From Patescibacteria group bacterium (GTDB taxonomy: Bacteria; Patescibacteriota; Patescibacteriia; Magasanikbacterales; GWA2-37-8), in contig JBAZKA010000001.1 of NCBI GenBank assembly GCA_041651015.1, positions 205,158 through 269,157 on the forward strand: a stretch of 64,000 nt of DNA, written 5' to 3'. The notes under the pieces were generated by a model. The model did no database searches. It was not told where the DNA came from and worked only from the letters and a program-made list of their open reading frames with translations. This document shows positions 51,893 to 61,731 of the stretch, in pieces. Positions within the stretch are counted from its first letter, which is position 1. Each line of letters opens with the position of its first letter. The translations under genes and the position numbers were made by a program.

Positions 51893-52417
51893 TTATTTAA
51901 AATTTTGGATCACGCTCTTCATCAGTTTTAAACCTTCTGGAATAAAGGGTGAAATCAGAACCACCACGTAATTTAGCAGGCCGACCATTTTGGACTGTTC
52001 AATCAAGGTCATAACGTTTGTAGCAATGGGATATCGCGCCACCACGTATAAAATTGACGCGCAAATTAATACGCCTTGCAAAATGCCAAAAGCTAAACCC
52101 GCAAAACGATTCACCAGCGATATAAAAGGTAAACGCGCCACTAAATCTAATAATTTTATAATCAGTCGCCCGATTAAGCCCACCGCAATACTAATTAAAA
52201 TAAATCCAATGACAAAAGCCCAAAATTGCGCAGAATTTCCATCCCAACCCGTCACTTTGATTATCCACTCGCCGACCGGACTGTAAAATCTATAAGCAAG
52301 ATACAAACCCACTACATTGCACAATAAGTATCCAACGGTGCGGACAAAACCAAAGAAAAAACCGGCGCCGGCAAACAAAAGGATGACCGCGATGATAATT
52401 ATATCAACAATATTCAT
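51893..52417 (-). CDS. cvpA: CvpA-family membrane protein
   Basis: MNIVDIIIIAVILLFAGAGFFFGFVRTVG... is the typical CvpA N-terminus. The ORF track extends to 52459. Confidence 0.65.
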   Translation of the reverse strand: MNIVDIIIIAVILLFAGAGFFFGFVRTVGYLLCNVVGLYLAYRFYSPVGEWIIKVTGWDGNSAQFWAFVIGFILISIAVGLIGRLIIKLLDLVARLPFISLVNRFAGLAFGILQGVLICASILYVVARYPIATNVMTLIEQSKMVGLLNYVVVLISPFIPEGLKLMKSVIQNFK

Positions 52418-52508
52418 ATTTACCCCAGTTAAATTATAAATTATTAATATTTTCTGCAATTAAATCTCGGTAAATGCAACTTTTTTTCACCCTCAATTTA
52501 TGAAGTAT

Positions 52509-54041
52509 TTAACGGGGTGAATTTTCTAAACGGGGAAATAAAGGCTCCCCTTTTTGAATTTTTTGTCCGGCCGTATCGCGCCATTCTTTTAATTCATTCA
52601 GATTTAATTTAAATTCCGCTTCCGCACTCAAGCCGATCTGCGTCAGAATTTTTTCCGATGTCTCGGGCATGACTGGATACAGCATGACGGCGATATGGCG
52701 CAAGGCTTCGGTTAAATCGCCAAGAAGAATTTTTACTTCATCCATTTTACCTGCCTTGGCCATGGCCCACGGTTGTTTCTCGGAAATTTGCTGATCGCAA
52801 AACGTCACCAGCTTGAATACATCTTCCAAAGCATGGTCAAAACGCCATTTATCCATTTGCGTTTCATATTCATCCCAAGTACTTACCGTGTATTTTTTGA
52901 TCCCACTATCATGCGCGACAGGCACAATTGAATCGCAATATTTTTCAATCATCACAATGATGCGGTTGGTCAAATTGCCCAAACCATTGGCCAGATCACC
53001 GTTAAACCGGTCGCGGAATTTTTGTTCGGAATAATCGCCGTCATCATCAAAGGGAATTTCACGGCTAAAAAAATACCTAACCGATTCCAGCGGATATTCG
53101 TCAATCAAAGTTAGGGGGTTTATCACATTGCCCAAAGACTTACTCATCTTTTGTCCACTAACCGTAATCCATCCGTGCACAATAATCTGTTTGGGCAAAG
53201 GCAATCCGGCCGAAAGTAACATGGCCGGCCAAAGTAAAGAATGAAAACGGTTTATTTCCTTGCCAATGACATGCGCGTCAGCCGGCCAAAATTTATCGTA
53301 TAAATCCGTATCGTCAGTGCCATAGCCGAGCGCGGTAATGTAATTGGTCAAAGCGTCAAACCAAACATACATTACCTGGCTATCGTCGCCTGGCACCGGA
53401 ACACCCCAAGTAAGTTTTTCTTTGGAACGCGAAACACTAATGTCCTCCAGCCCGTCTTTCAGAATGTTTCTCATTTCATTGTAACGATTTGAAGGGTAGA
53501 CAAAATCTTTTTGCGAATCAAACAATTTTTCCAATTGCTGTTGATATTTGGATAATTTGAAAAAATAATTTTCTTCCACCAAAACTTCCGGTTCTTTATT
53601 GTGGTCCGGACATTTACCGTCAACCAAATCTTTTTCGGTTTTAAACGCTTCACAACCCACACAATACAAACCCGAGTATTGTTTTTTGTAAATATCACCG
53701 GCCGCGAGCGATGCTTGCCAAAATTTCTGCGCGCGTTCCATGTGGCGTGGTTCAGTGGTGCGGATAAAATCGTCATTGGTGATATTCCAACGGTCAGCCA
53801 ATAGCTGAAATTGGGCTGATTTCTCGGCCGAGTAATCAGCCACGTCTCGGCCGGCGTCTTTGGCCGTGCGCAACATTTTCTGGCCATGCTCATCTGTGCC
53901 GGTTAAAAAATACACTTCCTTGCCTTGCAGGCGCTGATAGCGCGCCATCACATCAGCACAAAGAATTTCATAAGCAAACCCGATGTGCGGGTCGGAATTG
54001 GCGTAGGGTATGGCGGTGGTGAGATAGTATTTATTTGACAT
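52509..54041 (-). CDS. metG: methionyl-tRNA synthetase
   Basis: TTAIPYANSDPHIGFAYE (HIGH region), the zinc knuckle CVGCEAF...CPDH, and KMSKSLGN. The ORF track extends to 54068. Confidence 0.9.
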   Translation of the reverse strand: MSNKYYLTTAIPYANSDPHIGFAYEILCADVMARYQRLQGKEVYFLTGTDEHGQKMLRTAKDAGRDVADYSAEKSAQFQLLADRWNITNDDFIRTTEPRHMERAQKFWQASLAAGDIYKKQYSGLYCVGCEAFKTEKDLVDGKCPDHNKEPEVLVEENYFFKLSKYQQQLEKLFDSQKDFVYPSNRYNEMRNILKDGLEDISVSRSKEKLTWGVPVPGDDSQVMYVWFDALTNYITALGYGTDDTDLYDKFWPADAHVIGKEINRFHSLLWPAMLLSAGLPLPKQIIVHGWITVSGQKMSKSLGNVINPLTLIDEYPLESVRYFFSREIPFDDDGDYSEQKFRDRFNGDLANGLGNLTNRIIVMIEKYCDSIVPVAHDSGIKKYTVSTWDEYETQMDKWRFDHALEDVFKLVTFCDQQISEKQPWAMAKAGKMDEVKILLGDLTEALRHIAVMLYPVMPETSEKILTQIGLSAEAEFKLNLNELKEWRDTAGQKIQKGEPLFPRLENSPR

Positions 54042-54483
54042 AATTTTCAAGCAATTTTTTATATTCAAATCCTTTTATGATCATTCTTTTGGCACACGGC
54101 CACACAAAATTATATTTATCCAGCTTGTTTATAGTCACCCATTGTAATTCGATATGTTCTTCGCTTAATGTGATTTCATCATTATCATTCACAATCAAAT
54201 TTGCCACGCCCAACACGCAATCTTTTGTGATTCTGGTTTTGCCGACATGGTCATAATCCACAACACCTAAAATTTTTACATCACGCAAATTTAATTCTTC
54301 AAGCAGTTCCCGCCTGAAAGCTGGCTCGCAGTTACCACTAATCATGGTTTCATCCTTGTCTATTCTTCCGCCGGGCAAAACCCATTCATTATCGCGATCG
54401 GCACATTTTAAAATCAGACATTTATCATTTCTGATCAATATCGCGACTTGGCTAATCTGAAACAATTCGTGAGATTGGGGCAT
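54031..54483 (-). CDS. NUDIX hydrolase
   Basis: Nudix box GGRIDKDETMISGNCEPAFRRELLEELNL. Confidence 0.75.
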   Translation of the reverse strand: MPQSHELFQISQVAILIRNDKCLILKCADRDNEWVLPGGRIDKDETMISGNCEPAFRRELLEELNLRDVKILGVVDYDHVGKTRITKDCVLGVANLIVNDNDEITLSEEHIELQWVTINKLDKYNFVWPCAKRMIIKGFEYKKLLENYVK

Positions 54484-54486
54484 AAT

Positions 54487-55158
54487 TTATCTTGCATTTA
54501 TCACAACAACAAACTCCCCTCTTTCGTCTTTCATATTTTGGATTATTTCATCAATTGTTCCGCGATAAAACGTTTCAAACATTTTGGTAATTTCACGACC
54601 GACTAAAATTTGGCGTTTGGCCGGTACAAATGTTTTCAAATCATTTAAACATTTCATAATTCTGTGGCCTGATTCATAAAATACCACGGTTTCTTCGCTC
54701 TCAGCCACCTCCTTAAAATACTTTTGGCGTTTATTTTTATGCGGAGGAAATCCTAAAAATTTATATCGGTCGGTCGGAAAACCCGAAACAGATAAAGCGG
54801 CAATCGCAGCACACGCACCAGGAATAGGGACGATCTCCGGCGAATTGCTTTTGCACAGCTCGGCAATTAATAAATTTCCCGGATCGGAAATGCCTGGAGT
54901 GCCGGCATCAGTCACCAAAGCTAAATTCTTGCCGTCTGCCAGCATCTGTTTTATTTCATTTATCTTTTTCGCGTCGCTATGATGATGGTAGCTGATTGTC
55001 GGCTTGGAAATCTCATACCGGTCCAGCAACTTTTTGGCCACGCGGGTATCTTCGCATAAAATAAAATCCACGCTTTTTAGTGTTTCCAAAGCGCGTAAAG
55101 TTACATCGCCCATATTACCAATGGGTGTGGCGACTATATAGAGTTTTCCAATGGACAT
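54487..55158 (-). CDS. rsmI: 16S rRNA (cytidine1402-2'-O)-methyltransferase
   Basis: LYIVATPIGNMGDVTLRALETLKSVDFILCEDTR (tetrapyrrole-methylase fold, RsmI family). Confidence 0.85.
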   Translation of the reverse strand: MSIGKLYIVATPIGNMGDVTLRALETLKSVDFILCEDTRVAKKLLDRYEISKPTISYHHHSDAKKINEIKQMLADGKNLALVTDAGTPGISDPGNLLIAELCKSNSPEIVPIPGACAAIAALSVSGFPTDRYKFLGFPPHKNKRQKYFKEVAESEETVVFYESGHRIMKCLNDLKTFVPAKRQILVGREITKMFETFYRGTIDEIIQNMKDERGEFVVVINAR

Positions 55159-55197
55159 ATTGTCAGTATTTTATCAATATATACCCAAAATTGCAAA

Positions 55198-55224
55198 TTA
55201 AAAAACCGAGCTCACTGGCTCGGT
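55198..55224 (-). terminator. intrinsic terminator (ACCGAGC-CAGTGA-GCTCGGT + T6, read on minus strand)
   Basis: On the minus strand the hairpin is followed by TTTTTTAATTT. It ends the small-ORF pair downstream of the DUF2779 gene. Confidence 0.6.
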
Positions 55225-55248
55225 CGCCGATGCGAACCGCCGAGGTTT

Positions 55249-55410
55249 CTACCGCGCGTTGACGAATTTTTCGACATCACCATCAAGCACGCGATGAAAA
55301 TCCGCCACCGATTCAGGAGAAAGATCAGCGTCGTCGTCTATATGCATGAGGGGCATCCTTTGTAGTAGTTTCTCCAGCGGAGTCGGGTCATTTGTTTCTT
55401 TCGTCGTCAT
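55249..55410 (-). CDS. unlisted 53-aa acidic hypothetical protein (MTTKETNDPTPLEKLLQRMPLMHIDDDADLSPESVADFHRVLDGDVEKFVNAR)
   Basis: Hand-translated. Its ATG overlaps the TGA of the preceding ORF (ATGA coupling). TAG stop at 55249-55251, just before the terminator. Confidence 0.35.
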   Translation of the reverse strand: MTTKETNDPTPLEKLLQRMPLMHIDDDADLSPESVADFHRVLDGDVEKFVNAR

Positions 55411-55592
55411 TGTATTTTCCCTTCGGACATCCTTACTGCTGGACCCGCAGCACAGACCGCGTCAAATCTATTCAGCAACTCGACCAATTCTTCAAAGGTC
55501 AACATCCCCTCATCACGACCCATCCATGTGGTCACCGAGCCGACACGTTGTCTAAATTCCGATTCCGCTGCCGACGTACCCTCTTTATCCAT
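55407..55592 (-). CDS. 61-aa acidic hypothetical protein
   Basis: AGGAGG RBS 5 nt upstream of the ATG. A TTGCAC-N17-TAAATT promoter candidate lies upstream. GC-rich relative to the flanks. Confidence 0.4.
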   Translation of the reverse strand: MDKEGTSAAESEFRQRVGSVTTWMGRDEGMLTFEELVELLNRFDAVCAAGPAVRMSEGKIQ

Positions 55593-55648
55593 GTTTTCCT
55601 CCTCATTGTTGAATGAACGATTTGATGTAATTTATCACAAACGTTAAT

Positions 55649-57112
55649 TTAGTGCAAATGTTGTAAAAAATTTAATATTTCCACCATGGCCATTGTATCC
55701 AAACCGCAATAATCAGTCATGTCTTTGTAAAGTTTATCCTTGTCTTTTTTACTGATACCTGGATCAATCAATGTCTTCCAACTGTCAGAAGCTGTCCCAC
55801 CTTCCTGAATATTTAAATCCTTATAGGATAATTTTGGGACCAATACCGGTAAAACCTTTTTAATTGAAGCGCTCCCGTGAAAATTTTTGTGGACATAATA
55901 GCCTTTACGGAAAATCAACATCAAATCATACATGGAATCGTTGACTGATTTTAGGAAACTAACATATTTTGAAGAACGCTTGGCCATTTCACTATTACAG
56001 CCTTTTTCAAATATTGCATTCCATGTTATCACTGTTCCTTTACACGTTATAAACGACTTAAGACTTTTGAGCAGGTCTTCCGTCGGATCCTTGAAGTCTT
56101 TGGCCAGAAATTCATAATGTTTCAGCTTGCCGCACGGCTTTTCCTGAACGTGCAGGGAAAACTGAAAGACAATGCGTTGGTAAGGTTTGTAGCCGTCAAA
56201 AAGAGGGATAGCGGGGCTGAATGTCTCGTAATCAAGAAAATAGAGCGGGTATTTGAGATTGTTTAGGTCTTCTTTGATTTTATCAGATTCAATATGGACT
56301 TTATTATGTTTAACCACATGACGATGCATCAAGGCTCGGTCTCTGTTTAAAAAATCCTCAGGTATATCTTTTATTTCCAGAATATCTTGATCCAAAAGCT
56401 CATTCAGCTTTTTCTCGCTTAAACCGCAAGCAATGTCATAGATGGAATCAACGGGTATTTTTTTCCAACAGTAATCAATAAATGGACATTCATAGGGGCT
56501 ATTGCATTGCTTTAAGATTCTTATTTGCGGTTCTTTGGGAGACTTGGTAAGTTTCAAAGCTGATACAATATTCAATTTGGTTTCGCTGATTATATTTCTG
56601 ACATCCGAAGTTATATCCTCAATTTTGAATAATTTTTTGGGGTCAACCTGACCCATTCTGACATAGTCTGTATTTATAACAACTAAATATGTTTTACCAA
56701 TCTGATAACCCGCAGATTCAAAGCAAATTTTTTGAAAAGATAAATCAACAATATGAATATCTTTAACTTGGGTTGAACTTTTTACTTCGTAAATATCCCA
56801 CTTATCACCGTTCTTAACAAAAATATCAGCCATGGCATAAAGGCTTTTGGCCATGGCGGTAGCTTGAAAAATAACCTCGTTGCCGTCTTTGATCAGCTTG
56901 TCAGTATTATTTTTAGCAGTTTCATAAAGTCCCTCGGCTTTAACGCCTTTGGGAAATAATTTTCGGGCATAATCCTCAACTTCATAGCCCTCGTCAAAAA
57001 TCCCTTGCAACGATTCGCCGGTTTCTTCAGGCAACAAATCACGGCGGAATTTATACAGCCAGAGGTATTTGCAACATTGAATATATTTTAGGAATTGAGA
57101 CTTGGATAACAT
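55649..57112 (-). CDS. DUF2779-family protein (N-terminal PD-(D/E)XK/Cas4-like nuclease + C-terminal DEDD/RNase H-like domain)
   Basis: MLSKSQFLKYIQCCKYLWL start; IYEVKSS...; Cys cluster CNSPYECPFIDYCW; second domain YFLDYETFSPAIP...QRIVFQFSLH. Confidence 0.6.
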   Translation of the reverse strand: MLSKSQFLKYIQCCKYLWLYKFRRDLLPEETGESLQGIFDEGYEVEDYARKLFPKGVKAEGLYETAKNNTDKLIKDGNEVIFQATAMAKSLYAMADIFVKNGDKWDIYEVKSSTQVKDIHIVDLSFQKICFESAGYQIGKTYLVVINTDYVRMGQVDPKKLFKIEDITSDVRNIISETKLNIVSALKLTKSPKEPQIRILKQCNSPYECPFIDYCWKKIPVDSIYDIACGLSEKKLNELLDQDILEIKDIPEDFLNRDRALMHRHVVKHNKVHIESDKIKEDLNNLKYPLYFLDYETFSPAIPLFDGYKPYQRIVFQFSLHVQEKPCGKLKHYEFLAKDFKDPTEDLLKSLKSFITCKGTVITWNAIFEKGCNSEMAKRSSKYVSFLKSVNDSMYDLMLIFRKGYYVHKNFHGSASIKKVLPVLVPKLSYKDLNIQEGGTASDSWKTLIDPGISKKDKDKLYKDMTDYCGLDTMAMVEILNFLQHLH

Positions 57113-57123
57113 GAAATTATGAT

Positions 57124-59877
57124 CTAATTATGCCGATCAAGAACCTCCTTAACAATTTCTCGGTATTTATCAACGATACAATAATCATCCTTCAATTCGC
57201 CGATTCCTCCGTCAGTTTTGAAACTAACAATCTGTCTTAAATGGTCGCTATCTCTTTTGGTTATGAATTGGGATATATTGCTTAAATATCTGCCAGCTTG
57301 GCCATCATCATCTCCAACACCTTTTTGAAATAATTTTCCCTTAATTTCTTCGCGAGAAAAAGTCCTTGATTCTGAAAGCAATATTTCTAAAAATTTAATT
57401 AATCGCGGGGTTAGAGTAGTATCTCGAGATAATGTTTCTTGAAGTAAGCCTTCTAACTCTTTATCAGAATAGTTGCCCCTATCTAAAGAAAAAGTATTTC
57501 TTTCATTTTCAAATTCATCCGATGAATGATCGTCTTTTATTTCCAATAGCATTATATATGCCTTCGCCAGATCATCCTCAATAGACTTTGTGTTATTGAA
57601 GTCGACCTTCTTGAAAAGGAGAGAATATCTATCATTATATGTCCAATCTGAAAATTCCCGTTTATCTCTTATAAAATTTATCACTGATGCATACCGATTA
57701 TCCATGACCTGAATATGCAAAATAATAGCTAACTCTTTTAAAAAATATGTTGATTTACTGAAATAAATACAAGGCACATAAGTCTTTTCGGCATATTTAT
57801 CGTCGCCGTATAATTCTTTGCTGCCATAAAAATTATAATAATCTTCTTTGCAGCGACCCCAAGCAGTAGTTTTCTCTTCTACATCTACATCATCAGCGCG
57901 GTCAAGAAATTTAGTTTTCATTTTTTCTTCTAAATTTAGCTTATATTGGTCGATAAGCGTCAATTCTTCTTCAGTAAACTCATTTTCATTATTATCGCTT
58001 TCTTCCGCGATAGAGATAACTTCCTCATTTTTAATATCACCATCCGTAATTTGCCAAACTTCTTTCAATTTATCAATAATTGATTTCTGCCTTTCTTTAA
58101 TTGCAAGCGGCGTCCATTCTTTATATTTGCTTAATTCTTGGGTCATATTAAAGGCAGACTGTCTGTCTTTGAGTGTTTCGCCCGAATAGATTTTGAGTTT
58201 TTCGTCATAAGGTTTATTTGAGGCAGTTTGATTCTTTGATTTATTCTTTTCTTTTACCCCGCCAATGAGGAGAGTAAGGTTGCCTATGGTATTCACCAGC
58301 TTTAACTGTTCACCTACAGTAAATCTGTCCGTCCAATATTTAGCAGTCATTGTCTGTGGTAAAATATGCTCAATTTGAGTACAATTAAAATCAATGCTTT
58401 TCTCCACTGAATCATCCGTTAATAAATACTCGTATTTTGACAAGGCGTATCTGCACCATGATTGGCCATAACAATCTCCTTGTATTGAGTCCATGAAACG
58501 CATCAGAACCCCACTCCTGCGAATAGTATCATCTATATATTCTTTAATTTCAGCGATTGATTTGTTTTTATTTACATAGTCTCTAATTAGAGCCAGTGTC
58601 GGGTTTTTTATCTTAGCAACATTATAGCCGGCGATCCAAAATAAAGCATACATTTTTTCTAATGCAAATATCAATTCCTCAAAATCAGACTTGGAATAAT
58701 TATTTCTGCGGGCTGATATTAACACAGGCAACCATTCCCAATGGTTAATATACCAAAGAAGTTTAAGATTGTTTTTTGCCTCATTTGATAATTCGTCAAA
58801 CTTTTTCCCTTTTATTAAAGAAGCATAACAATCAGCTGAGGATTTCCATTCTCTAATAAAATCCTCGGAAAGCAAATTTTTACTTTTGATATAGTTGATA
58901 ATTTCTTTATATAGATTTTTTTTGGGCTTAACCCCAATCATCGCCGTCCAGTGGTGTCGCAGTAGCTCCTGCATTTCGATGTCCTCACCGGCGATACCTT
59001 TTATGTACTTGTAGCCTTCAAGAAGCACCTGCTTTTCTATCTCAAAATCCTTTTCCGATTTTGGATTTAGGCGATTATGTTTTTTAATTTCCTCCTGCAA
59101 TCTTTTAAGTAAAAAATTCTTCAGCAATTCGTCGGTTTCCAACCCTTCACCACGCTGGTTAATTGTTTCAAAAATTGTATAAGCGGACGATAAATCCTCT
59201 GCTATTATATTAACAACCAAAGTTTTATCCATGAAATAATTGTACAGACTCTCCAAATAATGTATTGCGTCCTTTTCATTGTTTACAAGTTCACTTTCCT
59301 TATTATTAATATTTTCCTGCAAGTATTGGATGGCATTAATATAATGAAGAGCCAACGAAGTATTTTTTATATCGCGCAAAGCACCAATTTTCTTTAATAC
59401 GTAATTTTCAAAATCTGATCTATCCTCTGGGCGTATCTGAAGACGAAATTTACCGTCCTTACAGATAAACTCATCGTGAATTTTTTCAGATAGACCGGCT
59501 CTTCCGTGCTCGGCAAAATAATCTCTTAACACTGCTAAAAAAATAGTGATTGTTGTTAATCTTTGCTGGCCGTCGACTAGCTCAAAATCATTATTGTCTT
59601 GTTTTTTTATAAGGATCATCGACCCAAGAAAATAATTTTCCTCATTATTATCATAGGCCGTTGTTATATCATTCCAAAAATCATCAATATTTTCTTTTCC
59701 CCACCTGTAAGGCCTTTGATAATCTGGAATGCTAAAATAGCTATCTTGGTCACCGATTAAACTTTTGATATTCTTTTCTAAGGGTTGAATCTTCATACGA
59801 AATTCCAGATAATTTATAAGTATCAAACCTTGTCCTTCCCTGTCTTGTGCATTTTCAATTCCTTTACAGAAAGCCAA
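57124..59877 (-). CDS. GmrSD-like type IV restriction enzyme homologue (DUF262 + DUF1524) with ~320-aa uncharacterised C-terminal extension
   Basis: IPDYQRPYRW and VDGQQRLTT (DUF262); CTQIEHILPQT (DUF1524 His-Me finger). The likely start is MKIQPLEK at 59796. 890-917 aa. Confidence 0.65.
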   Translation of the reverse strand: MAFCKGIENAQDREGQGLILINYLEFRMKIQPLEKNIKSLIGDQDSYFSIPDYQRPYRWGKENIDDFWNDITTAYDNNEENYFLGSMILIKKQDNNDFELVDGQQRLTTITIFLAVLRDYFAEHGRAGLSEKIHDEFICKDGKFRLQIRPEDRSDFENYVLKKIGALRDIKNTSLALHYINAIQYLQENINNKESELVNNEKDAIHYLESLYNYFMDKTLVVNIIAEDLSSAYTIFETINQRGEGLETDELLKNFLLKRLQEEIKKHNRLNPKSEKDFEIEKQVLLEGYKYIKGIAGEDIEMQELLRHHWTAMIGVKPKKNLYKEIINYIKSKNLLSEDFIREWKSSADCYASLIKGKKFDELSNEAKNNLKLLWYINHWEWLPVLISARRNNYSKSDFEELIFALEKMYALFWIAGYNVAKIKNPTLALIRDYVNKNKSIAEIKEYIDDTIRRSGVLMRFMDSIQGDCYGQSWCRYALSKYEYLLTDDSVEKSIDFNCTQIEHILPQTMTAKYWTDRFTVGEQLKLVNTIGNLTLLIGGVKEKNKSKNQTASNKPYDEKLKIYSGETLKDRQSAFNMTQELSKYKEWTPLAIKERQKSIIDKLKEVWQITDGDIKNEEVISIAEESDNNENEFTEEELTLIDQYKLNLEEKMKTKFLDRADDVDVEEKTTAWGRCKEDYYNFYGSKELYGDDKYAEKTYVPCIYFSKSTYFLKELAIILHIQVMDNRYASVINFIRDKREFSDWTYNDRYSLLFKKVDFNNTKSIEDDLAKAYIMLLEIKDDHSSDEFENERNTFSLDRGNYSDKELEGLLQETLSRDTTLTPRLIKFLEILLSESRTFSREEIKGKLFQKGVGDDDGQAGRYLSNISQFITKRDSDHLRQIVSFKTDGGIGELKDDYCIVDKYREIVKEVLDRHN

Positions 59878-60764
59878 AAAAACAACCCAACTACGATAAA
59901 AGTAATCAACGGCGGGACAAATGATTGCACGTGCACGCTCAAACTCTCGGCCATCATAATCGCGCCAAGCGAGGCAATGGAATACATGGCGCCGTTTTTA
60001 AGATAACGGTATTTTTTGATTGTGTTTATACCCTTAACTGTCACATACCGCACCACAAACGCGCCAATACCATTACCAATGATAATAAGCGGAACCGACA
60101 GAGTAAACGCGAACGCACCAAGCACACCATCAATAGAAAAAGTGGTGTCAATCAATTCCAGGTAAAGAATTTTGGCAATATCAGACATTCGTCCGCCACC
60201 GGTCAATTCTTTTTCTTTTTCTTCGGCATTATTTTTAAATCCCGAAGTTATAAAAAAAGCGGATGAGCCAATCACCGCGCCAAGTGCAATCATAGGGTTA
60301 ATTTTAATCGTCGCCCAGACAAAAGCCAATAAAATTATTGAGGCGGCGGCATAAAACCAAAAATATAATTTTTGATGGACATGTCGTTCAATGAAAAAAG
60401 CGTAATCCTTTTTTTCGGTAAACAACCAATGCAAAAATAAAAACACCAGATACAAACCACCGCCGCCAAGAAGTATGGGTTTGCTTGCCTCAATTGCGTC
60501 TTTTATCATCGGGTCTGAGCTAAATGTGGCGGTTAGCGCGCCCCAAAGACCAAGATTCGTATTGGTGAAGTAGACGATCAAAAGCGGTAAAAGTCCGCGG
60601 ACTACAAATACGGCGATAATAATACCGTAAAACAAAAACCAACGCCGGGCCTTGGCCGACATAGTGGACAAAACATCCGCGTTTACGACGGCATTGTCTA
60701 TACTTGATATTACCTCAAACAAGGTCAAGCCTAGAACGATAACGATTATTTCATTGATACCCAT
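59823..60764 (-). CDS. TerC/DUF475-like integral membrane protein
   Basis: Polytopic protein with two internal repeats, each carrying a SIDNA/SIDGV-type motif. Confidence 0.4.
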   Translation of the reverse strand: MGINEIIVIVLGLTLFEVISSIDNAVVNADVLSTMSAKARRWFLFYGIIIAVFVVRGLLPLLIVYFTNTNLGLWGALTATFSSDPMIKDAIEASKPILLGGGGLYLVFLFLHWLFTEKKDYAFFIERHVHQKLYFWFYAAASIILLAFVWATIKINPMIALGAVIGSSAFFITSGFKNNAEEKEKELTGGGRMSDIAKILYLELIDTTFSIDGVLGAFAFTLSVPLIIIGNGIGAFVVRYVTVKGINTIKKYRYLKNGAMYSIASLGAIMMAESLSVHVQSFVPPLITFIVVGLFFWLSVKELKMHKTGKDKV

Positions 60765-60830
60765 ATTTATGAAAAAGTTAGAATGAAATAATTATATCGC
60801 AAATTCGGAAATAAATAAAGAATAAATAAC

Positions 60831-60855
60831 AAAAGCGCGCTTTCGCGCGCTTTTT
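60831..60855. terminator. bidirectional intrinsic terminator AAAAGCGCGC-tttc-GCGCGCTTTTT
   Basis: Perfect GC stem flanked by an A4 run and a T5 run, just downstream of the ferredoxin gene. Confidence 0.65.
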
Positions 60856-60865
60856 GAAAATTGCC

Positions 60866-61048
60866 TTATTCCAACGTAATCGCTTGCACTGGGCAAGAAT
60901 CGGCCGCCTGCTTAATCGTTGCTTCGTCGTCACCGGTGGGATTAACGACCTCTGATTTTCCGTCATCACCCATTTTAAACGTATTCGACGCGATTGAGGC
61001 GCAGGCGCCACAACCCAAACATTTTTCTTTGTCCACTTTTGGTGTCAT
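60866..61048 (-). CDS. small [4Fe-4S] ferredoxin
   Basis: 60 aa with CLGCGAC...CP (CxxCxxC...CP) and an acidic surface. Confidence 0.8.
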   Translation of the reverse strand: MTPKVDKEKCLGCGACASIASNTFKMGDDGKSEVVNPTGDDEATIKQAADSCPVQAITLE

Positions 61049-61059
61049 AGAATATATTA

Positions 61060-61731
61060 TTAATTACCAAAATATTTTTCAAAATAAAAACGAATTAGTT
61101 CTTCAATCGCCGCGCGCGACTCGGGCTTAGCCGCGCCGACTTTCAACTTTTTTTGCACGTCTTCAATGGTTTGTGCCCCTTCCAGCACCGCTTCTTCAAT
61201 ATCATGGTCTGTTATATTTAAATCCTTGTCAATAATCTTGGCGCCGGACACAAATATACGCTTATGTTGATTGGTTGAACGGAAATAATCGTTAATCGCC
61301 GCCTGCAGGGCTTTATCGCCCAAAACCGAACAGTGAATTTTGCGATCGGGCAATCCGCCAAGGCGCGCCAAAATATCTTTTGGCGTTAATTTTAAGGCAT
61401 CGTCAATTTTCATCCCGCCGTTCTCTTTTATCATTTCACTCATCACGGAAGTGGAGGCGATGGCCGAACCGCAACCAAACGTGCGCCAACGGCAATCTTT
61501 AATTTTTTCCATCTTTGGGTCAATCTTCAGCCAAATTACCATTTCGTCCCCGCAGGCCGGCGAACCCACGCGGCCAGAGGCGTTAAATTTAAATTTCTTT
61601 TCCTCTTCGTAACGCATGAAGTTTTTCGGATTGAAAAAGTGTTCCTTTACGATATCCGAATACAACCAACTCTGCCCGTCGTTTCCACGGACGTCGGCAG
61701 TTTTCGTTTTTTTAATTATTTTTTTCGGCAT
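61060..61731 (-). CDS. NifU/IscU-family Fe-S scaffold with C-terminal extension
   Basis: GSPACGD, TFGCGSAIAS and KIHCSVLG scaffold cysteines, followed by an extra ~70-aa tail. Confidence 0.75.
   Translation of the reverse strand: MPKKIIKKTKTADVRGNDGQSWLYSDIVKEHFFNPKNFMRYEEEKKFKFNASGRVGSPACGDEMVIWLKIDPKMEKIKDCRWRTFGCGSAIASTSVMSEMIKENGGMKIDDALKLTPKDILARLGGLPDRKIHCSVLGDKALQAAINDYFRSTNQHKRIFVSGAKIIDKDLNITDHDIEEAVLEGAQTIEDVQKKLKVGAAKPESRAAIEELIRFYFEKYFGN

Noticed and set aside
55346-55616. +strand ORFs 55346..55555 and 55392..55616
   Set aside because: Both are mirror frames of the minus-strand small ORF pair, which has the strong RBS and the downstream terminator. The plus-strand translations are Ser/Leu/Phe low-complexity.
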